Shown here piece after piece: positions 24,801 to 35,222 of a DNA stretch of 64,000 nucleotides. Location: positions 24,366,001 through 24,430,000 of the forward strand of contig JBHGNT010000005.1 of NCBI GenBank assembly GCA_043228905.1. The letters run 5' to 3'. Under the pieces are notes generated by a model, which did not search any database, had not been told where the DNA came from, and was given only the letters and a program-made list of their open reading frames with translations. Position numbers and translations under genes: made by a program. Source of the DNA: Azolla caroliniana (Eukaryota; Plantae; Polypodiophyta). Numbering within the stretch: position 1 is the first letter of the stretch; the number at the start of each line of letters is the position of its first letter.

Positions 24801-27800
24801 TCATATCGTCTAGTCTACAGTTCATTATTGCCTCCATGTTTAGATTTTATGCTCGGCATCTCAAAAAAATAAAACTTGCAGAGGAAAAGGATACTTGGCT
24901 TTGTAGGAATCTGGAGGATGTGTATAGCCAAGTTATAATAAGTCAGATTTCTCTCTTTTAAAAAATGGAAATTGATGATATATTGGATGTCCACGGGGGG
25001 CCAATATGATCCATGTGACCAACAATGATTACGAAGCACTCTTCCCTGCTGTATAGGTGGGGTCTTTAAATCGTATATGCCTCTATGTGACACATTCTAT
25101 AGTGATATGCTCTTCTGTTTCTGACAACAGAGGTCACATATTCTCTTTTTCTGCTCAATATTTAGCCAGGCCCCAATTTATATTTTTGATGTGTGCATGA
25201 ATGTCTCACTTTATTGGGCATGGGTGTCCAAATGTGAATTTGGGCATCAGCCCACTGCTCTTGATGATTTTACCAATATTGCGTATTAATGTGGCTGCAG
25301 CAATATCAAACTTAGGTCTATGTTGGGATGTGTGATGTTCTCCATTTTGTGTAGAATGCTTCCAACGTGGCTGAGTAAAACATGGACTCATGTTCTCTTG
25401 TCCTGTGCTTTTTCTCTACATGCTGTCTTGCTAACCATTTCTGAATGTCTTTGACCCAGATGGATGGAAGAAATTTGCTTTTGTGGGTTCTCTGTTAATC
25501 ATTCGATTTCCCATGCTGCCTTGGGAAGGAGATTTCTAGGCATTGTCCTTGTCCTTACTTTCAATATGTGCTTGTTGGGCATACCACGCTATTGGTCGTC
25601 TTCTAGTTTCTGGTAGCATTAGGAAGTATGGGTTTATGCTCTTAACACCTACCTGATGGTATACAATTTTCTTCTTGTATTATCTCCAAAACATTCTTAT
25701 ATTTTCTTTTCTTTGCGGGCGAATACTAAGCTTTTCCAATTTTTCCCTACCTTTGCCTCCTTTGTGTAGTGTTTTGATTCCATGATCTTGCTTGTCCTGA
25801 GGAAACCTTTTACTATTGCTTGATCTAGTAATTCATGTATCCATTCTTCAGTAACCGGGCAAGTCCATTTTAGCTTCTGAGCATAGGTGAAGTGTATCTG
25901 CATCCTTGTCATTTTGAAGTCTTTTTATGGTTTCTATTACCTCATTATACTCAAAAGCTTCCATGTGCAGTAAAGGAAACATGTCAATTGTGGCTCTATC
26001 TTCCACGTATTTGTTTCACATATGTCACGATTCAGCTGATAAGTAATTTGTCTTTACTTCCATGCACTATCCCTTAGTAGCCTCCATGCCCCTTTTGGGT
26101 TTTTCTTAGGACGTCACACGTGGTGTATCTTTTGTCTCTTTTTCAAGTTCATATGTCTTAGTTTCTTCCTTTTTGATGTTATTGTTAACAATCGGCAACG
26201 GGTTTGAGAGTGTCAAAACCGAACCGTTTAAATTTTTTGAAACTTGAACCCAACCAAACTGACCATGAAACCATATGAACCGAAACTGTTACAAAAAATT
26301 CAAACCTTTAAACTATTAAACCGTTAAAACTGCGGTTCGGTATTCAAGTTAAGCTAAAATTCAATTTTTTTTTTCCCTAAAATGTGATAATTAGGCTTAA
26401 AAATGAGAAGGTTGTTTTAAAAAAATATTAAAAAAAAATCAACTGGCATCTCTAAACCATCAAACCGTTTAAACCGAATTGAATCGTTCACCCCCAAACT
26501 GAACCGAACCAAACCGTACAGTTTAAACCATTAAACCATGGTTTTGTGGTTCGGTTCAGTTCAAAACGAACTGTTGCCGATTGTTAGTTATTGTATTCAT
26601 TTGCTATGTATGTTCATCAATCACTGTCTTTTGCACAATGCATTTTTGAAGAACAACTATGCATTTTCAATATCATTTGTTGTGTGTTGAGACATAATTG
26701 ATTCTTTTAATGTGTCAGTATAAATACTTCTGTCTTGCCATTTTATCTTATATGAGCAATCTGAGCTTGCATTGGTTTGATTTGTAGAAGTTGATGCAAT
26801 ATGTATAAGATTATAATCCAAATTTGGGGATCTATCTCCAATTTCAAAATATTGTATCGGATCATATTGTACATAGGCAATGGTACTAGCTCCTGACTCC
26901 TATAGATCTCAAAAGGCATAGATACTATGATGATTCCCTATACGGAATGATCCTATATTGAATTTCAGGCATATATCTGGAAAGGGATCAACCTTGCCTA
27001 TCAGAAAGACATGATTCTACAATGATTCTCAATGAGGGATGTAGTAAGATGCTATTATATTGGTGTTTCTGCTGCATGAATCTTTGTCCACAGTCTTGCA
27101 GATGCTTCTTTATACAGAATTGCTATCCCTAGTTGACCTTTTGTTTTAATGCTCAGCCTCCATTTAAAGTGGGTTACATGACCCTCAATGTAATGGAAGA
27201 TGACGTGTATCATGTTCTCATGTTTCTTAACTACCTATTTAGGCCATATTTTTCCTTCCACGGAAAACTTCTACAGTTTCAACCTGTAACTCATATAGTC
27301 ATGCTCCTGTGTTTCTATACCATTTATGCTTCATACGATTTTTGGTGCTCCTTTTATTGAAGAGGAGTGTGATTTCTAGATTAAAAAACTGAAATAAACG
27401 CGGCTTGAGGCCAATATTAGTGCTCTTTTTTTAATGTCAGGAATGGTACATACTACGATGCGATGTCTAAACTTGATGGGCTTCATATGAAGTGTGTTCT
27501 AAGCTGTCTTGCCGGGGTTCCTGTCTTTTTCAAGTATGCCCTGGGGTAATACATGCTTAGTTTTGGGTTCCCTTCAATACATTTACTTGGGTATTATGTT
27601 CATATGGTTAAGCCTGCATCTCTTGATAGTATCTGAAATACGCTCTTTGACACCATTTACCCATTTTAGTTTGCATTCTAGTTCTGTGCCATACATTGTG
27701 GCCTTATCAAGTATATGAATGTCTCCTTGTGCAACGGCGTGTGCATTTTGTGTGTTGTATGTTTTCGTTAAGCACATGCAATGTTCCTTCAATGTATTCG

Positions 27801-28445
27801 CTCAAACTTATTCCTGTTGTAGCTTTGTTTTGAAGACTGCCATCTCTTTGAGGGATCAAAATTTCTCTTTGAATGATTGGGTTACAAGGTTTTGGAGTTT
27901 CAAAGTAATTTGCATTTTTAGCCCTCTTTCTCGAGAGGCAAAGAGATCAGTTAGGTGTTGCAGCAATGTGCTATGCAGTGTTAAGCATATGGCACCTACC
28001 CCTTTGAGTGTGAGCACCATATCTGGCACGTCTTTTGTGAGACTTTTTACTTTTGTTAGAGGCATGATTTCCACTAATGATGTGGTCTCATGAAAGGGTG
28101 TTAATGTACATGGAGGGAAGAGAAGAGAGAGCAACTGGGGTCATTGAAAGAAACTGCAACAGGACACAGACATGTTCTTGGCATGTTCTCAGCAGGTTGT
28201 GTAGATAATAAATGTGTAGGCAGCTAGTAGTTCTTGTGGCTGTGTATTGCCAAATTGATTGTGGTTCATGGTGAATCTTGAACTGGTCATGAAGCTATCT
28301 GTGTATGCTTTTGTATTGCATAATACAATTATATTTGCTAGAAAACAGAAAAAGAGTGATGATTTGTTGGCAGGCTATTATGGAGGATCAGGTTGATCCT
28401 GCTGTGGTTTCCAATGGATTAGCTTCAGTTGATGCAGCTGGTTGA
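21889..28445 (+). CDS. ZML: ZIM-like GATA transcription factor (TIFY + CCT + C-X2-C-X20-C-X2-C GATA finger), 345 aa, copy a. Exons 21889-22332, 22509-22595, 22675-22808, 22949-23077, 24003-24108, 24208-24273, 28374-28445
   Basis: TIFY: [33 protein letters not shown]: [44 protein letters not shown]: [33 protein letters not shown]. Phases are consistent, and the last exon is supported by homology with copy b. Confidence 0.94.
26186..26586. mobile_element. hAT-type MITE (401 bp) in the last coding intron of ZML-a
   Basis: Perfect 14-bp TIR TAACAATCGGCAAC / GTTGCCGATTGTTA. Perfect 8-bp TSD GTTATTGT (26178-26185, 26587-26594). Dense AACCG repeats. Confidence 0.9.
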
Positions 28446-30624
28446 TAATGATCTGTTGGTGATGGGTTTAATATCCTGTTGTACTCTTTGCCCCCCCCCC
28501 CCCCCAAAAAAAAAAAAAGGTAAAATAATCTTTTTACTTGGAATGGGTGGTTATTGGTTCTATCCTGTTTGTCCTCATTAAAGTCGATTCAAGGGTGGTC
28601 AATGGTTCTATCCTGTCTGTCCCCATTTAGTCGATTCAAGCTATCTTGTACTATTTTTTGAGTCTCAGCCTATTTGGATGTCATTACTTACATATCAATA
28701 AAAACCATCTTTTTGTCACAGTTGCCAGAAAACTTATGTATCTCATATAAGTAAGTTAACTCTTCAGACTTTTAAAACATGCTGACATTAACTTAGTGAA
28801 TGATGTTAAAACGTATGGCATATGGCAGAACATGATATGTGACATGCCTTTTCTCTATACTCAAATGGAGGCAAATCTCACAACATAGAATAGAGATGCG
28901 TTCAAACACACGCTGATTATGTACATATATGTACTGAGTACATCTGTCTCGACATTGTTTATATGTTGTGCATCATGTGTTTTTTGGTTAGATGAGCCTG
29001 GGTTCTTACATTATGAAGTGTATAACCATCAATCTGCCTTTACTTCAATGCTTGAATGGAAACAAAGCTCAGGACATATAATGTACACTATATATAATAT
29101 ATGCATCTGTCTGTTATTTTTTTTATATGTTGTTTTGGGATAATTGAGCCAGTGTACATTATTTCACTTTTAACTTATGGTTTGTACTTACATCTCAGTC
29201 AGATGTATGTGAACACTATGAATGGCAAACTTGTATTTCTTTTCTTTTGTCTGAACCACTGCAGGTTAAAGCACCAAAGATGTGATTGTTCGGATCATGC
29301 AAAAGCGTTCACCATACAACCTCTAAACACCTGTTGGACTTAATTTGTAACGTTATATATCTTTAAATGGAACTGTTATAGCTCTATCGATTAATATCAT
29401 TGAAATTGAGATTTAGCTTATTTTAATGGTCAAACAGCAAGTGCCAAAGATTGTATAGCAGTATTCCCAATTGAACATTTGGGTATGTTGCTTTATTTGT
29501 AATGATATATATATATATATATATTTACATGTAAACTCTTATAGTTCTTTTGATTTATGTGCCAAGTATGGAACGTTTATCATTGTATTTGAGATTGAAC
29601 ATATCTTAGTGGTCAAGACCATCAAAGTCTTCTGAACTAATATATTATAGATCAATTTGTTTTACTGAGTGAACTAAAATGTTTTAGTCTATCAAAATTG
29701 TACTTTTTGCAATGTGTGAACATCTCAGCTGACAACTTTTTCTTCCATTTGAACTAAAATGGACTTCCAAAATATCCTCATTGAAGAACATGACAGTCTC
29801 AGGAATCAACTCAAAAGAGAATAGAATGTAGTACTTGGTTTAAATGCCAACAATTTCCTTGTTACAGCATTTACTGTCTCATTTGCATGTTGTAAATGAG
29901 TGGGGACCATGATTTTTCGGTTTAGGAATCCAACTTGATTGATCATAGGCTATAGCTTAATTGCTCAGCAGGCTTGAAAAATTCAACCATATATATGTCA
30001 TTGGGTAGCCACAAAAGAAATATGTATACAAGTAACTACCTTTCCTGTACAAGAAACATGTATATGCTTTTTGGAAAAAGAAAAAAAAGAAACATGTATA
30101 CAAACATGTGCATCCATTGCTTCCTTTCCCCTTCAAGTGTTCAATTAACTTGAAAGTTAACAATCTTTCCTAGACGTTTTAATACTGTCCTATAAATTAA
30201 AATCAATAACAGTACTCTATTATCTCATTTTATGTTACTTTGGCTATAACACTAAAGCTCAAGTTTATCACAGTGATTAGTAACTACCTTCCTTTGTTTA
30301 AAAGATTAGATATTTTATAAATAACTTCAGTATGCGAACATAATAAGAAGTATGAGAAGATTATATGACTTCACTAATACGCAGAGACGTTCATAATCAG
30401 CTCTTAGCGGATAAGCCCAATTTCGGCTTGACCGTGCATCCTACCTAGTAGAGGAGATCCATATTTGTCCAGCTTCTCCCTTTTCACCTGGATACTGTGG
30501 AGCGGTCCAATGAAACTTTTGGATATATACACATATCCATCCCTAAACCTAGAGTCAATATTTGTAACTAGTGATTATTAACATTATAATTACATGTGGT
30601 GTATAATAAATTTAATGGCTTTGT

Positions 30625-33600
30625 CTAACATAGACTTTGGAAAGATGCTGATTTCAATGTTACAACATGATGATTGAAAGGGCTTGCGAGATTCCTAGAG
30701 TTTGCATGGTGTTTCACAAGTGGCACCAATGATTGAACCACATCTGTCATGAATGGTCTATAATCTGCTTCAGGTTGAATACACATCTTTGCTATTGCAG
30801 CCACCTACATACATGAATATAAATAAATATTAAGGCATAAATATTCCTAGAATTTGGAGGGTTTCAATGCACAAGATCGTCTTCAAATGCATACATTCAT
30901 TACCTGAATCAAATCCTTCAAGGTATATTGTCCCCTCAAATTAGGATCTACCATCTCTTCTACCTTCTGTCTGTCAGTTAATCGAGGTAGCGCCTGCCAC
31001 AAGGGCACTTTGTTGATTAGACATACATTTCCACCATGCAAGCTTTCTTGTTTTTTCAAGAATGAAACAAATTCTAGCTCATTAAAATGTTGCAGCACTT
31101 CAAAAAGCAAAAATATACCAAGTTGTTTATGGCATCATCTAGGATCTACCATCTCTTCTACCTTCTGTCGTTTTTTCAAGAATGAAACAAATTCTAGCTC
31201 ATTAAAATGTTGCAGCACTTCAAAAAGCAAAAATATACCAAGTTGTTTATGGCATCATCTAGGAAGGGCCCCTTATATGCTCTTATTTTTATTTTTAGCA
31301 TCTCACAGGCATTGCATGCAGCAAGGTAAGAGGCATACTTATATGTAAAGTGGAGCCCAGTGCTTTACGAGTTGAGCCTATTTATATAAAATGTAAGACA
31401 GATGAAGTGCATACACATCATGTTGAGAAGGAGTGAAAGCATACATACCCAAGACACTAGGACACCTTGACCAGGAGGTCTTCTCATGTCCACTGGTACG
31501 AGTCCTGTGAGGAGCTCCAACAAGACAACTCCAAAGCTATAAACATCAGACTTTGTGGTGAGATGGCCAGTTAAAGCATACCTACGAAGTGGAAACAATC
31601 CTGTCAATGACTTGTTTTAAGTGGATTAATAGTGAGGAGAAAATTCAATTCGCAGAAGTAAAGAAAGGAACCATACTCAGGAGCAACATAACCTTGAGTA
31701 CCGAGGACTCTGGTGTAGATTTGGCCATTTATGTTGTCCGAACCAAGCTTTGCCAGCCCAAAATTCGAAACTTTGGCATTGAAGTTGTCATCAAGGAGGA
31801 TGTTGCTTGTCTTGAAGTCACGATGAATCACTGGAGGACTTACAAGCTCATGCAAATACTCTAGACCATGTGCAACGTCTAGAGCAATTCGCATCCTTGT
31901 TCCCCAATCTAATGTGGGAGGGTTCCCAGCATTACCTACACTCATCGATGACAACAAACATTAAACTATGTGCACAAATTTGAGACAAACACTACATGAT
32001 TTTTTCCTTTGCATCTCTTCAGAAGTCAATGACATTTTCCTACCATGATTCCCACACTAGTCTATAACTGGACCTACATTATGTCCTTTGTATACAAAGA
32101 GCATATCTACCCAGATTGATGCTTTAGGCACTAAATGATGCACATGAGTTTGAGAAGACACAGCTATCATTTTTATCAAAAGAAGTCCTAGACATTCTGT
32201 CACAATGATTCATATATCTTGTGCATTAGAACCTAATCTTATGCGATTTTATATGCAGGGCATTACACTGAGATAAGCCTCGCCTACAGGAGCTCATAGT
32301 GTTAAACAGTTTTAGCTAAAGTGGGGAAAATGTCTAAAACTTCTTCTAATGCATAGGGAGCTCTTACCATCTGAATGTAGATGTTCCTTCAAGCTACCGT
32401 TTGACATGTACTCATAAACGAGCAATCTGTGGTCTTGATCAGCACAATATCCAATCAATTCGAGGAGGTACGGACAATGGAGATGGCTTAGCAAGTCCAC
32501 CTGCATAAAAAATGATCAAACATAAGGTATTGAGGACACCTGAGAACAAAACATATCTCATTTTGATGGATCGATTCACATTGGACAATGGTCATAAATC
32601 CTCTTATACCCGATAAACCTGGCCACTGGCCACAAGTCTGGTGGGGATTTAAGAAAAAAGTCTAACAAGGATCTTTCCACCAATCAACAATTCTAGGGAG
32701 ACAAATGTAACGCCCAAAACTTCTGAGCGAGGATTCCAACACCCAGCAATTGACACCATAATTCTGATACTTGACAATTGTAACAACAATTCTGAAACCC
32801 TGACGATTGTAGAACCAATTCCTACACTCGAAAACTCATGCGAGGTATAGTGACAACGCAAGCAAGGATTAGATCCAACTGCACCCGGAAATTTATCTAG
32901 GTAGTAGGATAGAGATAATGAGGGATCCCATAGTGGATTACAGTAGAATGGGGCATCGCTATGCATGATAGGAGTATCGACATTGTACCTCGGCTCGGAA
33001 TTCTCGATCTAATCCTCCACCATATGCAGCATTGTTCCTAGTTGTTCGGTCGAGTTGTTTGATGGCGACAAGCCTAGTGTTGTTGTTATCAGGGAGGATC
33101 CCTCTATACACACTATAGTAAGCCCCATGTGACCCTATCAAATTTGCCGAGCTGAAATTGGCTGTTGCAAATTGCAATTGCTTGAATGTGAACACTTGGG
33201 CTTCTTCCACATGCATTGCAGGTAGCATACATTGCTTCTGGAAATCTAGCCCCCACCACCCACCCCCCAAAAAAACAAAAACAAAACCCCAAGAAATGAA
33301 TGATTCAGCAAAACTCAGTGAATTTTTTAAAAAGTTTTTATTTTTTAAATTTTTATGTTTTTATTTTTATTATTATTATTATTTTTTTTGGGGGGGGGGG
33401 GGGGGCAGCTTATTATTAGATGTTGCTATTACCTTGGCTAATCATGGCTTGAGAGAAGTTCTGTTGCTTCTGTTTTTTCCTTTTCAAGTAGAGGTACAAG
33501 AAGGCTATGGCCACGAGAGAGGAGATGGTGAAAGCTGCGAGGACGGAGAGGATAGTGAGCACCACGGTACTGCTGGTGTCATGGTGATGGTGGTGATGAT

Positions 33601-33691
33601 CATCTGCAGGTGGCCCATCAACACCACCGCCACCACCACCACCACCACCACCACCAGCAACAAGAAGAAGAGTAGGAGGAGGAGAAGCCAT
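30625..33691 (-). CDS. RLK/Pelle-family Ser/Thr kinase-like protein with N-terminal TM helix and no ectodomain (resembles Arabidopsis At3g58690 type), ~436 aa, with NFG in place of DFG. Exons 33691-33433, 33245-32989, 32500-32368, 31935-31677, 31581-31449, 30993-30904, 30804-30625
   Basis: TM segment [27 protein letters not shown] followed by KRKK. Kinase motifs [69 protein letters not shown] junctions are in phase (1311 nt). The family assignment is from recalled similarity, not a search. Confidence 0.9.
31050..31264. repeat. 95-bp direct repeat separated by a 25-bp copy of kinase exon 6
   Basis: 31050-31144 equals 31170-31264, and 31140-31169 equals 30942-30971. Confidence 0.95.
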
Positions 33692-33839
33692 GGCCTCCTT
33701 TCAGTGCACACTCAAAGAAAGACAAAAAAAAAAGCAGAGTCTACAGAACAAAACAACAAAGAGAACATGGAAATGGAATGGAACAAGGATAGATAGAGTT
33801 GAGGTACCAAAGCCCAACAAATGTGTGTGTAAAGGCTCA

Positions 33840-33840
33840 A

Positions 33841-33916
<76 letters not shown>

Positions 33917-34243
33917 CTTGTGTGTGTTTTGGTGTGTTGATATGTGTGTGTCTTCATGTGTTAGATATGTGTGTGTTTTGATGTGTTGATATGTGTATGT
34001 CTTCCATGTGTTGATGATATGTGTGTGTATGTGTATGTCTTCATGTGTTGATATAACATATACATATATGTGTGCATGTGTGCCTTGATATGTTGATAGG
34101 CGTGTATGGGAGAAGGCAGGCAGATGACTCTGATGTGTGTGTTGATATTTGTCAATGTCTTGATGTGCATGTATGTGTGTATATGTCAATATGCACATGA
34201 TGATGATGATGATGTGTGTATGTTGATATGCACATGGTGATGA

Positions 34244-34275
<32 letters not shown>

Positions 34276-34290
34276 TTGTGGTGTGTGTGT
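33840..34290. repeat. (GT)n(GA)n microsatellite and degenerate TGTGTTGATATG repeats upstream of the kinase
   Basis: Directly visible. Confidence 0.9.
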
Positions 34291-34816
34291 CACTGTGCAA
34301 ATATTCTGTCTCGGTTTTATTTTTACCTCTTGCCAACTCAAACATACCCACAAAGTAATAATGCAATGTAGTGCATTTGCTTGGAACAAAAAGGGGCGTG
34401 ATTTATGTGAAGTTGTCTATGTGTGTGGGTGTTGTGTCATTGTAAATTGCAGATGTATGTATGTGCATTTCACTCTGTGGCGTACATGATATATGTGTGT
34501 ATCTGTAGGCTAAGTCCTTGTCGGTGTCCATTGTGTATGCTTATTTATAACAACGTGTGTTAATAAGAAGTTGTTACCAAAACATGAGATCCAGATCTTA
34601 CAGAGTGTGTGAGATACAAACAATATTGTGTGTGTGCTTTTAATGTTGTGAAGTGTCACATGTGATTTTACGCTCGCTCTTCACACTTCCTTTGATATAT
34701 AAAATAACAACCACAATTGTTTGGAAAGAACCGAAGGACTGGCTCCACAAATACATATGATCATATATTGATGGGATTGATAAAGCCAAAGGTAGGTCTA
34801 TTGGTTTGTGAGGCAC

Positions 34817-35222
34817 CATTTGGTTGGCCACGAAATGTGGATATCTATGGTTTGGACACAGTCATGGGGTTAGTTGTAATAGAGAGGGATCACAACGTAT
34901 TTTCACCGGTAGAATATAATCATATGTGGATGGAATTGATTATGCAAGATACATGTGTGATGCTAGTTCACAAACATACAAATGGTGGAGATTCATTAAA
35001 ATCTTCCACTTTTCTAACATTTGGTTGGCCACAAAATGTTGATATCTATGGTTTGGACATAGTCATGGGGTTAGCAGCAATAGAGAGGGATCACAACATA
35101 TTTTAATTAGCAGAACCAAATCATATTAGGATGGAGTTGATTATGCAAGATACATGCGCGACGTTAGTTCACAAGCATACAAATGCTGGAGATTTATTAA
35201 AATTGTCCACTTTTCCAACCTT
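34817..35222. repeat. Tandem duplication, 2 x ~201 bp
   Basis: CATTTGGTTGGCCAC.AAATGT.GATATCTATGGTTTGGACA occurs at 34817 and 35018, with similarity running through TCCACTTTTC. Confidence 0.9.
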
